NCBI GenBank assembly: GCA_900540085.1
Contig: UQEU01000002.1
Coordinates: 20,833 to 84,832 of the forward strand
DNA length: 64,000 nt
Reading direction: 5' to 3'
Source of the DNA: an uncultured Eubacteriales bacterium
GTDB taxonomy: Bacteria > Bacillota > Clostridia > Oscillospirales > Acutalibacteraceae
Below, piece by piece: positions 20,114 to 29,759 of the stretch. Numbering within the stretch: the first letter of the stretch is position 1; each line of letters begins with the position of its first letter. Below the pieces are notes generated by a model. It did no database searches. It was not told the DNA's origin and saw only the letters and a program-made list of their open reading frames with translations. The position numbers and the translations under genes were made by a program.

Positions 20114-21529
20114 TTATTTTTTAATACTTTTTGCAAGTTTCTTGCCATACTCTCTGATTTCGATAACCATATCGCCGTCATCACTGTAATAGCAACCTTT
20201 CTTGCTGAGTATTCTGTACTCTGCCTCTTTAAGTCCCATTATAACAAGACCTCCGACAACGCCTGCCAAAAGTACAATTATGAAAAGAGGTATTCTGCAA
20301 GTAAGCCAATCACCGCTTCGCAACGGCAATGTGAAACTCATATAAATTTCACCGTTTCTGAAAAGTTCTGCGTATGTATAATCAACTGCGCCGTAAGTAT
20401 AGTTGCCAATCATATATTTCGGCAAACTGCCGTCTGTATAAGCCGTATTTACAATACCGAAAATTGCCGTCAAAAATCCGCCGAAAGCCGAACCGACCAT
20501 TAAACCCGGAATTACGGTAAAAGGACTTCTGTAAGCATAAGGCATTGAAAACGCAGTTGTCAGTTTGATATTTTCAAAAAATGCATTAATCGGGCCGCTG
20601 ACAGTTATGTTGAAATCGTCTGTGTTGCTTTTTCCACCCTTTTTAAATATTTTATTGAAAAGAACGGCAAAAAACGGTGTCCAACCTACCGTTATAAAAC
20701 AAACACTGTAAATCGTAATGAGTCTTGCATCTCCCGTTTGAAGATACGCTGAAGTTGCAACACCGAACGCTGCAAGTGATACAGGACCGATAAGGTCAAA
20801 GCCAACCATAAGTCCCATAACTACCGCCGACAAAATGATATTTCCTGTCGTCAATGTCGTGAGTGCGTCTTTTAATTTTTCTGCAAGCACGGCAAAAGGA
20901 ATTTCTATTCCGTATTTAATAACACAAAATGTGATTGCACACGCAGCAACGGGCAAAATCAAAATCATAACTATTAAATCGACTGCTTCTATAATAGTAA
21001 TGCCCTCAACTTTTGACTTACCCTTTGACATTTTCGCAATCATTTTATCAAAGCCTTTTGCAATTTTAGGCTTCAGATTTGTCCAGCCTATATATAGATA
21101 TTTGATTAAAAGCGACAAAACAACTGCCATTATCAAATAACCCATATACCCTATTGCAGTAGCCTGCCGGTAATTGTCGGGCGTTGAGAAAAATGCGTTG
21201 TACATATATTCGGCACTTGTCGAACCCTCTCTGAAATGACAAAAATATATTGACAACGCCAAACTCGGTGCAATGGCAGGTATGCCTGCAATCAAATATG
21301 AAAGCACTGAAACCATTGCGACAAAAAAGAAATCTGTCGCCCAAAACAAAACAAACCAAAGCGTAGGTTCATTTTCAGGCGAAATCGCCCCAAGCCAATG
21401 ATACTTTTGCAAAATGTTTTGCGCAAAAAAGAAAAATCCCGCTCCAAGAGCCCCAAAGAGCTGAACAACAAACATAATTTGCGTGGAACGATAGATTTGC
21501 TTTTTTACATCAAGATATAACTTTTTCAT
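20114..21529 (-). CDS. Polytopic membrane protein, possibly a PTS EIIC-superfamily transporter
   Basis: 471 aa, more than 10 hydrophobic helices. The family could not be assigned confidently. Confidence 0.45.
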   Translation of the reverse strand: MKKLYLDVKKQIYRSTQIMFVVQLFGALGAGFFFFAQNILQKYHWLGAISPENEPTLWFVLFWATDFFFVAMVSVLSYLIAGIPAIAPSLALSIYFCHFREGSTSAEYMYNAFFSTPDNYRQATAIGYMGYLIMAVVLSLLIKYLYIGWTNLKPKIAKGFDKMIAKMSKGKSKVEGITIIEAVDLIVMILILPVAACAITFCVIKYGIEIPFAVLAEKLKDALTTLTTGNIILSAVVMGLMVGFDLIGPVSLAAFGVATSAYLQTGDARLITIYSVCFITVGWTPFFAVLFNKIFKKGGKSNTDDFNITVSGPINAFFENIKLTTAFSMPYAYRSPFTVIPGLMVGSAFGGFLTAIFGIVNTAYTDGSLPKYMIGNYTYGAVDYTYAELFRNGEIYMSFTLPLRSGDWLTCRIPLFIIVLLAGVVGGLVIMGLKEAEYRILSKKGCYYSDDGDMVIEIREYGKKLAKSIKK

Positions 21530-21715
21530 TTTATTTCCCCCTAAAATAAAATTTTTGTGATAAATTGATATAATTCACCCACTATATTAAATTGTATTTT
21601 AATTATACCTTGATTTTTTCAAGTATGCAATATATAATTATTACTGTCAGTTCGCAATATCCTGACACTCGAAAATTTATTTTCGTAAAACAAAAACTAC
21701 GGAGGAAAATTTAAT

Positions 21716-22249
21716 ATGAAAAACAAAAAAACGCAATTCATTGTCTATTCGGCTGTGTTAGCGGCGCTTTATGTCGTCTTGACTTACGCCCAAAACTTTC
21801 TGTTGCCGGGAAGTACGACAATGGCAATTCAATTCAGAGCAAGCGAGGCACTTTGTGTGTTCGCATTCTTCACACCTGCGGCAATTCCGGGACTTACAAT
21901 CGGTTGCTTGATTTTCAATGTTTCAAACGCCGCCGCATTGCCTGTTGACTGGCTTGTAGGCACTGTTGCAACACTTTTGGCAACATTTACAATGTGGAAA
22001 GTGAGAAATGTCAAAATCAAAAACTATCCGATTTTGGGACTTTTAATGCCTGCAATTTTTAACGCTCCGATAGTAGGTGCAGAACTTTCTTTTTATCTCG
22101 GAGAAAACGGGTTTACATGGCAAGTTTTCGGCTTAAACTCGCTTTATGTATTTATCGGAGAAGCGGCTGTTTTGCTGACTTTAGGCAGTATCCTTTATTT
22201 TTCGCTAAACTCAAAAAACTTAAAAAAAATACTTTTTCAAGATTTTTAA
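21716..22249 (+). CDS. queT: Queuosine-precursor transporter QueT (ECF-type substrate-binding S component family)
   Basis: 177 aa, 5-6 TM helices. N-terminal pattern (YSAVLAALYVVLTY ... QFRASEAL ... IPGLTIGC) typical of QueT/COG4708. Confidence 0.7.
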   Translation: MKNKKTQFIVYSAVLAALYVVLTYAQNFLLPGSTTMAIQFRASEALCVFAFFTPAAIPGLTIGCLIFNVSNAAALPVDWLVGTVATLLATFTMWKVRNVKIKNYPILGLLMPAIFNAPIVGAELSFYLGENGFTWQVFGLNSLYVFIGEAAVLLTLGSILYFSLNSKNLKKILFQDF

Positions 22250-22264
22250 AAATAAAAAATAACA

Positions 22265-22306
22265 AGTAAGAGGCATCCTTCAAAAAAGAATGCCTCTTAC
22301 TTTGTG
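22265..22306 (+). terminator. Terminator after queT
   Basis: Hairpin gtaagaggcat...atgcctcttac followed by a TTTGTGT stretch. Confidence 0.5.
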
Positions 22307-22400
22307 TCTCAATTAGATATTATTGTGTAAATGCGGCGTAGCTATTTGCTATGCCGTTTTGACATTTAAGAAAGACTGTTCTCTATGTACTTATCAAAAT

Positions 22401-22838
22401 TTATTTGTGTGCGTTTTCAAAGGCAAGTCTGATTTCTTCAGGCATATCTTCAGGTTTAATGGAACTAAGGTGTTTTTCATCTCCGTCTTTAATTGCCTGC
22501 TCATAATACCAGCATTTGAATTTTATCATATCAAGTGCCTTATTCATTCGCTCAATTTCAACCTCTATAATTTCTTTTTGTTTCAAAAACAACTCTCTGC
22601 GTTGAGGATATGTTTCACTCCCCTTAACACACCAATCCATAAACAGTTTAATATCTTTAATTTCAAGTCCTGATTTTTTTAAGCATTCAATGACACGCAA
22701 AGCCTCAAGTTCTTTGTCGCTGAATTTACGGATACCCGATACACGATTGATTTCAGGGAACAATCCCTCCTTATCATAATAACGCAATGTGGAAATCGGT
22801 AAATTAAACATTTCCGATACTTGTCCGATGGAATACAT
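22401..22838 (-). CDS. MerR-family transcriptional regulator
   Basis: N-terminal MerR HTH (YSIGQVSEMFNLPISTLRYYDKEGL) plus a coiled-coil dimerisation region. Confidence 0.85.
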   Translation of the reverse strand: MYSIGQVSEMFNLPISTLRYYDKEGLFPEINRVSGIRKFSDKELEALRVIECLKKSGLEIKDIKLFMDWCVKGSETYPQRRELFLKQKEIIEVEIERMNKALDMIKFKCWYYEQAIKDGDEKHLSSIKPEDMPEEIRLAFENAHK

Positions 22839-22954
22839 AAAAATAATCTCCTATTTTTTTTTAAAAAAGTGTTGACCTAAAGTCAAGTTTAGGTGTTACA
22901 ATCATAATATAAAATAAAATTAAAAGTGTCAAACACTTTTCGGAGGACTTAATT

Positions 22955-23494
22955 ATGTCAAAAAACATTCTTGTAATAAGCACAAGCTTGAGAAATAACA
23001 GCAATTCTGAAATATTAGCCGATTCATTTATTGAAGGTGCAAAAAGTGTCGGAAACAATGTAGAAAAAATAACGCTGAAAGATAAGAACATTGCCTTTTG
23101 TAAAGGTTGTCTTGCCTGTCAGAAAACAAAAAAATGTGTCATAAACGATGACGCAATTGAAATTGCAGATAAGATGTGAAATTCAGATGTAATCGTATTT
23201 GCCACACCGATTTATTATTACGAAATGAGCGGTCAGATGAAAACACTCCTTGACCGTGCAAATTCACTTTTCGCCCGTGACTGCAAATTCAGAGATATTT
23301 ATATGCTCACAACTGCTGCCGAAGATGAGGACTATGTCTCCGAAAAAGCGGTAAGCGGATTAGAGGGTTGGATTGACTGCTTTGAAAAAGCTGTTCTTGC
23401 AGGCACAATATTTTCAGGCGGCAACGATAACGCAGGCGATATTAAAAATCACGCAATACTTCAAAAAGCCTATGATATGGGAAAAGCAGTATGA
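22955..23494 (+). pseudogene. NADPH-dependent FMN reductase / iron-sulfur flavoprotein-like gene interrupted by an in-frame TGA at 23177-23179
   Basis: ORFs 22955..23179 and 23225..23494 are in the same frame. The joined product reads ...CKGCLACQKTKKC...IADKM*NSDVIVFATPIYYYEMSGQMKTLLDR..., collinear with flavodoxin-like FMN reductases. TGA is a genuine stop elsewhere in this window. Confidence 0.7.
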
Positions 23495-23994
23495 TGGGAA
23501 AAAAGCCATTTATTCTGTTGGCAGGTGTGTTGTCTGTTCTCTTGATTTTGGCAGGTTGTAGGGCAAGTGGCAAAATTTCTGACAATTCGGCAAAGCAGTC
23601 TTCAGCACCTGCAGTTTCATTGACCGAGCAAAAAGACAACAAAGAAAACTTTTCATCACAGACAGAAAACAAAACGGAAAATAAGGAAAATGCAGAAATG
23701 AAAATGAAAGTACAGGTAGGAAATTACACTTTCACGGCAACATTGGAGAACAATGTTGCTGCCAACGCCTTTTCAGAAATGACAGAGCAGGCTCCTGTAA
23801 TAGTTGAGATGAGCGATTATTCAGGTTTTGAAAAAGTAGGCTCGTTGAATACAAGCCTTCCGACAGACAACAGACAGACTGCAACCCACGAAGGCGATAT
23901 TGTTTTATATAACGGCAACCAAATCGTCATCTTCTACGGCTCTAATTCTTGGAGTTATACACGATTGGGGAAAATAGATAACCGACCTGTTTGA
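23491..23994 (+). CDS. Lipoprotein with cyclophilin-like (DUF/cyclophilin-fold) domain
   Basis: Signal peptide plus lipobox LAGC. Low-complexity linker. The C-terminal approximately 100 aa has the pattern of cyclophilin-like-fold proteins often encoded next to flavodoxins. Confidence 0.5.
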   Translation: MMGKKPFILLAGVLSVLLILAGCRASGKISDNSAKQSSAPAVSLTEQKDNKENFSSQTENKTENKENAEMKMKVQVGNYTFTATLENNVAANAFSEMTEQAPVIVEMSDYSGFEKVGSLNTSLPTDNRQTATHEGDIVLYNGNQIVIFYGSNSWSYTRLGKIDNRPV

Positions 23995-24040
23995 AAGAAG
24001 CACTCGGCAACGACGATATAACGGTCACATTTTATATAGA

Positions 24041-24298
24041 GTGATTATAATGGAATTAAAAGAATTTTTAGACTATATGAACAGCGGAAAAACCGTGATT
24101 GCCAATTCGGAAGTTCACAAGTGTATGAGTGAACTTGCACAAGAAGCACTCAAACTGACGGCAGAATTGAACGGCTCGTATCATACGCCTGAAGAAGTGC
24201 GTTACATATTTCAACAGATAACAGGAAAGCCGATTGACGAGTCATTCAGTTTGTTTCCTCCTTTTTATACCGACTGCAGTTCACACCGATTTGTATGA
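24041..24298 (+). pseudogene. Remnant of a maltose/galactoside O-acetyltransferase gene: only the N-terminal Mac domain remains
   Basis: The 85-aa product matches the Mac N-terminal domain. It ends where the hexapeptide-repeat domain should begin (LFPPFYTDCSSHRFV*). No hexapeptide repeats follow. Confidence 0.55.
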
Positions 24299-24372
24299 CC
24301 GAACTGACATCATTCCTTTTGATAAGATTGAAACATTTTTCAAAAATAATATGTAACAACAAAACTGCCACG

Positions 24373-24408
24373 AAAAAAACCACACCTTAAATTTAGGTGT
24401 GGCTTTTT
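24373..24408. terminator. Bidirectional rho-independent terminator
   Basis: Hairpin ccacacctaaatttaggtgtgg flanked by A-run and T-run. Confidence 0.7.
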
Positions 24409-24438
24409 AGTTATTTATTAACTTTGTCGATATAATTA

Positions 24439-25263
24439 TCAGTCTTTAAAAACTCCGTCAAAAAGGTCAATGTTTGCCATTCTCATAACGCTTGAGAAAA
24501 GTCTTGAACCGTTAACAGGAAGAAGTTTTCCGAAAATATCCATAGCCCAAGCATCTTTACCGTGTACCTGAAGAGCTTTTTGATGAGCAATACCATTCAC
24601 AATCATCTTAACCATTTTATCGCAATCGGTAGAAATCATATTCATCATTTTCTGACCTTTACCGCTTGTTTCGCCTTGATTGCGGAAGATGTCTGTCTTT
24701 GTAAAGCCCGGACAAACGATACCTACATACATTTTGCCTCTGTACTCTTCACGCATTGCTTCGCTCAAGCTTTTGAGTGCAGATTTTGATGCACTGTATG
24801 CAGAAGTGCCTGCAAGACTCATAAGAGCTGCTGACGAGTCAACATTAATGATAGCAGGTGTGTCGCTTTCCATAAGTTGGTCAAAAAGATACTTTGAGCC
24901 GTAAACGGCAGAATAGAAGTTGATGTTCATTACTTTTTCAATATCTTCGATAGAACATCTGTCAAATCTCATAAATTTAGGAAGAATACCTGCGTTGTTG
25001 ATAAGAACATCTATCTTTGTACCGTTATCTTTGAGTTGTTGAGAAAACTTTTCCCAATTTTCTTTAACAGATACATCGAAAAGTTCGTATGAAAACTTGC
25101 CTGCATAAAAGCCGAGTTCTTCAACAAACTTTTTCATCTTAACTTCGCTTCTTGCAACGCCGATAACATTGCAGCCGTATTCTTTTATCAATTTTTCAGC
25201 AATGCCTTTACCCATACCGCTTGAAGCACCGGTAATGACAACTGTTTTTCCTTGCATCCACAT
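24439..25263 (-). CDS. SDR-family short-chain dehydrogenase/reductase
   Basis: TGASSGMG cofactor motif, NNAG, catalytic YxxxK (YSASK). Confidence 0.85.
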   Translation of the reverse strand: MWMQGKTVVITGASSGMGKGIAEKLIKEYGCNVIGVARSEVKMKKFVEELGFYAGKFSYELFDVSVKENWEKFSQQLKDNGTKIDVLINNAGILPKFMRFDRCSIEDIEKVMNINFYSAVYGSKYLFDQLMESDTPAIINVDSSAALMSLAGTSAYSASKSALKSLSEAMREEYRGKMYVGIVCPGFTKTDIFRNQGETSGKGQKMMNMISTDCDKMVKMIVNGIAHQKALQVHGKDAWAMDIFGKLLPVNGSRLFSSVMRMANIDLFDGVFKD

Positions 25264-25341
25264 AATAATGCGAGCCCCCTTTTTTCAATTACCTACATTA
25301 TACAATAAGTAAATAGGTTTATCAACACTTTTTTAAATAAT

Positions 25342-26460
25342 TCATTTTTGATTAACACATTTTTCGTGAGCCTTATACCCTGCTTTCTTTGCACTTTCTT
25401 CATTCTCAAAATATTGTCGGTTTTTCTCATTCGGTAATGCAGAGCAACCGTCTTTGTGATAGACCTTTGTATTTTTATTTCCTATAATTTTAAAATCGGT
25501 CTGTCCTTCGTAATAAAACGGGTCTGAATCCTCTGTGATATTTGATTTCTTATCGCTGTTTGTATTTGTTTTTTCGTAAGTGAATTTAATTTCTCCGTTT
25601 TCATCGACAGTACATATAACGCTCCCCGACATATCTGTTCTGTAAACAGTGGCGCCTGCGTCTTTGAAGCGGGAAACTGCGTTATCTCCCGGATGATTGT
25701 AAGAATTGTCTTTCCCGACACTTATAACAACATATTCGGGCATAACTTCACGCAGAAAAACATAGTTGGAAGACGAGTTGCTTCCGTGATGTCCTGCCTT
25801 TAAAACATCGGCTTTAACATTATAGCCTGCTTCCAAAATATCTTTTTCTTCAGAACGGCTTGCATCGCCCGTAAATAAAAAAGATTTTCCCCTGTAAGTC
25901 AATCTCAAAACAACGCTTGTGTTGTTCAAATCGTCTTCATTGTTCGTGATAGGTCCTACGACTTGAACCTTTGCACTGCCTAAATTAAATGTATCGCCGT
26001 GTTCTGCATCACTGTACGGAATTGAATGCTTTTTTAATGAGTTATAAAACTTTTGACTGTAACTTGTATCGTGTCCTCCGGGAGAAACAAGTGCTTTTTC
26101 AACATCAATTTCTTCTATTATGTCAGGGAAACCACCCAAATGGTCCTCGTGAGCGTGCGTACTGACAATTAGATTTAGAGTTTTTATTCCCAAATCTTCA
26201 ACATAATCTGCCACCAAATCGCCGTCAGCAGCGTTTCCGCTGTCTATCATCATATTTTCGCCGTCACAACTGACAAGTATGCAGTCTGCCTGACCGACAT
26301 CTATAAATCTGACGGTAAACTCCGAATTGTCAGAAATGCCCGACACATTTTGCGACGATTGGCTGCTTTTTATTTCGGAAGAACAAGAACAACAAGTGAA
26401 CAATATAAACATTGCAATTAAAATCGCAGTAATTTTCTTAATGTTTTTCATTTTACGCAC
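25342..26460 (-). CDS. Secreted lipoprotein with metallo-beta-lactamase fold (ComEC C-terminal-like hydrolase)
   Basis: Signal peptide plus Cys-rich lipobox. MBL motif STHAHEDHLGG, with a downstream GHHGS. Confidence 0.8.
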   Translation of the reverse strand: MRKMKNIKKITAILIAMFILFTCCSCSSEIKSSQSSQNVSGISDNSEFTVRFIDVGQADCILVSCDGENMMIDSGNAADGDLVADYVEDLGIKTLNLIVSTHAHEDHLGGFPDIIEEIDVEKALVSPGGHDTSYSQKFYNSLKKHSIPYSDAEHGDTFNLGSAKVQVVGPITNNEDDLNNTSVVLRLTYRGKSFLFTGDASRSEEKDILEAGYNVKADVLKAGHHGSNSSSNYVFLREVMPEYVVISVGKDNSYNHPGDNAVSRFKDAGATVYRTDMSGSVICTVDENGEIKFTYEKTNTNSDKKSNITEDSDPFYYEGQTDFKIIGNKNTKVYHKDGCSALPNEKNRQYFENEESAKKAGYKAHEKCVNQK

Positions 26461-26595
26461 CTATTTTTTATAAAATTGTTAATTTTTTTCGTTTATTTTT
26501 GAAAAATAATTTAATTTGATTGAAATATAAGAATATTTATAGTATAATATACTCAAGTTTATTTCTGTATTATCATTAATAAGGAGAGAAGTATA

Positions 26596-27150
26596 ATGGA
26601 CAGAAGAATAAAAAAAACACGTTCGGCAGTTTTGCACGCAGCATTTGAACTTTTGATGGAAAAAGATATTGACAAAATCACTGTTTTGGAAATTTGTCAA
26701 AAAGCAGACATTAACAAAAGCACATTTTACCTGCACTATAAAAATGCAGAAGACTGTTTCCGTCAATGCATTGACACTTTAATGGATCAGTTGCTTGCAT
26801 ATTGTCAAGATTTTGACTACTATAAAATCCAAGAACATCCTGAAGAAAACATCAGTCTTATTCTTGACCAAATTGAAGCCGCAAAACCGACCCTTGAAAA
26901 ATTCAAGGACAGTAAATTTTCAGGTCAGGTAATCAAAGAATTAAAAGAAAAATTGGTAAAAGGAATTGCCGAAACAAACGGTTTCACAAAAGATAACAAT
27001 TTCTATGAAATAGTTACCATCACATTTATGGTAGGTGGATTTGTTGACGCTATCATAGAACCGTTGCCAAACTACGACAGAGAAGTTTTAAAAGTTGCTT
27101 TCACAAGAATTTTAACAAAAAGAAAGGCTCAAAGCAACCTTACCGTTTAA
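26596..27150 (+). CDS. TetR/AcrR-family transcriptional regulator
   Basis: N-terminal TetR HTH (ITVLEICQKADINKSTFYLHYKN). Confidence 0.85.
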   Translation: MDRRIKKTRSAVLHAAFELLMEKDIDKITVLEICQKADINKSTFYLHYKNAEDCFRQCIDTLMDQLLAYCQDFDYYKIQEHPEENISLILDQIEAAKPTLEKFKDSKFSGQVIKELKEKLVKGIAETNGFTKDNNFYEIVTITFMVGGFVDAIIEPLPNYDREVLKVAFTRILTKRKAQSNLTV

Positions 27151-27178
27151 TTTTTTCATCTGTACTATTTTGTTCAAT

Positions 27179-27222
27179 AATCTTCAGATAATTTTTTAAT
27201 TTGTCTGAAGATTATTTTTTTA
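27179..27222 (+). terminator. Terminator after the TetR gene
   Basis: Hairpin cttcaga...tctgaag followed by a T8 run. Confidence 0.5.
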
Positions 27223-27412
27223 TATATTTATTTTTACCGAAATATTGATATGCACCTGAATTAAAATAAAAACTTCAATTTGCAATATCATTATACACCT
27301 GTATTTTACAAAGTTGGAGGAAAGTTCAATTTTAGACTTTAAAAATAAATATTTTAAAATAACTCTTGACAAAACAACCGTTTTGTATTAAACTTAAGCA
27401 GTTGAAAGATTA

Positions 27413-27490
27413 CGAGGTGTAGCGAAGTTTGGCTATCGCACCTGCTTTGGGAGCAGGGGATCGCAGGTTCGAATCCTGTCACCTCGACCA
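27413..27490 (+). tRNA. tRNA-Pro (anticodon UGG)
   Basis: Cloverleaf: acceptor CGAGGTG/CACCTCG. Anticodon stem CCTGC/GCAGG with loop TTTGGGA (anticodon TGG). T-arm GGTTCGAATCC. 3' CCA encoded. Confidence 0.9.
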
Positions 27491-27492
27491 AA

Positions 27493-27552
27493 AAATAGCC
27501 GTTTTCAATGGTTTTTGAAACTTCTTCAAACCTGTTGAAACGGCTATTTTTC
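27493..27552 (+). terminator. Terminator downstream of tRNA-Pro
   Basis: Long hairpin tagccgttttcaa...ttgaaacggcta followed by TTTTTCTTT. Confidence 0.55.
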
Positions 27553-27660
27553 TTTATTTAAGCCAAATTTGAGATATTAACCCCTTTTCAAACTTTTTCA
27601 ATCCTGCGTGGCGTTGCAGTACTATTGCAGTACTAAAAATAATCAAAATAATAAAGAGCA

Positions 27661-28026
27661 CTAAAAATAGTGCTCTTTATTTATATATAATGAAAATTTA
27701 TTATTAGCACAATTAGTATCATAACTACTGTTACAGTACACTTGATGATTTGTATCAACAAACAAAGGAACAATAATATTTACGTCTATCAGATAAAATA
27801 CCATTCTACTCTTATTGGATATTTTAACTTGATAAACTTTATCTTCGAATATATTGCTAATTTTTTCATCATTAAAACCATATTCTTTTAAAATTCTACT
27901 TACCAACTTTATTGTAGCATTTTCAATCTCATGACAATGCATATTGCCATCATTAAGTAATGAAGAAAAATTTTGAATATTAGAAATGTGTTTAAATATA
28001 TTAATAGAAGCTTTTAACAAATCCAA
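27661..28026 (-). CDS. Hypothetical protein (AT-rich island gene)
   Basis: 121-aa ORF with no recognisable domain. Lies between the tRNA-Pro and the integrase remnant. Confidence 0.3.
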   Translation of the reverse strand: MDLLKASINIFKHISNIQNFSSLLNDGNMHCHEIENATIKLVSRILKEYGFNDEKISNIFEDKVYQVKISNKSRMVFYLIDVNIIVPLFVDTNHQVYCNSSYDTNCANNKFSLYINKEHYF

Positions 28027-28125
28027 AACTTCATTTTCGTCTTTAAAGCAATTATTAAATTCTTTAATATTTATCGAATTTTTTTTGAAAATCTTTAAAA
28101 TTAAAGCAAACTATATCATTACCAT

Positions 28126-28774
28126 TTAATCGTACTTCAGAACTGTCAATTTTATAGTTGCTATGGATTTTGGGCGATTTAATTTTATTTTTTGTCGTGG
28201 ACTTGACATACAGGGACGCAGATCGTGCAAGCGTATCAGTGGTAGTTCCGCTCGCTTCAACAGAATTTTCATTCGATTGTAGGGCGAATCGGTATGCATC
28301 ACTTCGTCGGGTTTATAGATGTTCCAGAAGATTAATTCGCCCCTCGCCGTTTTCTTTCGCTCTCGCAGTATCTCTGCGGTGCTCGGCGACAACAAGATGG
28401 TTCGTGTTCTCCTCTCCTTTCGGTTTTAGTATCGCCCCATGTAACGCCGCCGCCTTTCTTTTATGCACCGTCCACGAGATATTCAACCGTCCGGTCGCTT
28501 CATCAAATTCCGACCACCGCAGTCCGCAGATCTCACCACGCCGCAGTCCCGTGGTCATCTCGGTGTAGAAGAAGTCGCTCTACATCTCATCCTGCATCAC
28601 CACGCTCATTAACTTTTCGAGCTGTGCTTCGGTGAGGATCTGCTTGGTGCGTAATTGTTTTTTGGGATGGTTGTGCCGTCGGTCGGGTTCTTGACGATGA
28701 GCTATTCCGTCGCCCGCAGGTCTTTTGTTTGCAATTTTATCATCTCCTTTCTGTAGCACAACAACATACCACAA
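28126..28774 (-). pseudogene. Tyrosine recombinase / phage integrase, decayed (at least two frameshifts and a 3' truncation)
   Basis: Three adjacent out-of-frame minus-strand ORFs collinear with the XerD/phage integrase family. 28580..28774 is the core-binding region (ILTEAQLEKL). 28313..28558 is catalytic box I (TGLRRGEICGLRWSEFD). 28126..28395 is box II (LHDLR), which then diverges, and the catalytic Tyr region is missing. GC-rich relative to the flanks. Confidence 0.7.
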
Positions 28775-28875
28775 CTCTTTTCGAATATCCAGCGAGTTTA
28801 GAAATCTTCTTCACTTTCCCATTCAATCAACAGAGGTGTCTCGATTTGATGCTCTACATAATATCCGGCGAGGAT

Positions 28876-29127
28876 TTAATCGAAAGGAATTTTACCACGC
28901 AGTCTCCGAACGTTTTTGTAAGATTCGTGGCGAAGTACATCCACTTCATACTCACAGTACTCGTAATGGTCTGCGAGGATCTTTGCGATCATTTCGAGAT
29001 CGATCGCATAGCGGAACAGTCCTTTTGAGATTGCTTTCTTAATTTCTTCTTCGTGAGACTCCATCGCCTTTGCAAACTTTTTGCCGAGGATATCCTTGTG
29101 CTTGTCGGTCACCTCATTCTCTGTCAA
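28876..29127 (-). CDS. Hypothetical protein (island gene)
   Basis: 83-aa ORF in the GC-rich block, no motif. Confidence 0.3.
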   Translation of the reverse strand: MTENEVTDKHKDILGKKFAKAMESHEEEIKKAISKGLFRYAIDLEMIAKILADHYEYCEYEVDVLRHESYKNVRRLRGKIPFD

Positions 29128-29437
29128 AGGGGCTAACGCAACTGGGATTCTTTGAGTGGAGCGATAGAGCGACCGAAGCGAAAAGAATATATCTAATGGT
29201 GAGATATCTGAAAAAGTGGCTCTGAAAGAAATTGAGGTTAATGACTAGCTAATTGAAAAAGCGGAACCGAGCATAAACTCGATTCCGCTTTTTCTTTGTC
29301 AACTGCGGTGCAGTTTTTATATTTCTTCTACCATTTCCATGCCGACCATGACCTTGACCATAATCCTTAGTTTTTCCATCCGCGATCCTCGCTTCATGTC
29401 GCACTCGCACGGGCTGATGTTACCGTAGTACAGATCT

Positions 29438-29689
29438 TCAAGTGTTGTCATATGCATTCCATCTCACATAAGAAGAGAACGACTTAGCATCGGTCATTCC
29501 CGATATTGAGTCGCCCTCTAATTTCATTTTGTCTGCTGCGATCAGCGCATGCTTGACGATCAGCATCTCTACCCACGTCCGTTCGTCGTGCTCTGCCGGA
29601 CGACCGTTCCTAAGATACTCCGCCATCACCGCACTCATTACGCCGTACTTTTCGCCGATGTAGACTTCTTCTACAGTTATTCGTGCCAT
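29438..29689 (-). CDS. Hypothetical small protein (phage/ICE-like)
   Basis: 83 aa starting MARITVEEVYIGEKYG. Strong RBS AAGGAGG 7 nt upstream. The track ORF extends further 5' but crosses the RBS. Confidence 0.4.
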   Translation of the reverse strand: MARITVEEVYIGEKYGVMSAVMAEYLRNGRPAEHDERTWVEMLIVKHALIAADKMKLEGDSISGMTDAKSFSSYVRWNAYDNT

Positions 29690-29759
29690 ATTCGCACCTC
29701 CTTTGCAGTACACAACAGTCCACAGGAGTTTGCGAAGTCCATAGATTTTTTGCTTTTCT

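Noticed and set aside
21640-21715. Possible preQ1 riboswitch upstream of queT (hairpin CGAAAAT..ATTTTCG followed by an A-rich tail UAAAACAAAAACUACGGAGG)
   Set aside because: The loop is only 2-6 nt and lacks the conserved C and the pseudoknot-forming nucleotides of preQ1-I. It has no resemblance to preQ1-II. Probably just an AT-rich leader with an RBS.
23177-23179. In-frame TGA read as Trp/Gly (genetic code 4 or 25) or selenocysteine
   Set aside because: TGA terminates several well-aligned neighbouring genes (for example at 2033-2035 and 24296-24298). No SECIS-like element is visible. The flavoprotein family is not a selenoprotein family.
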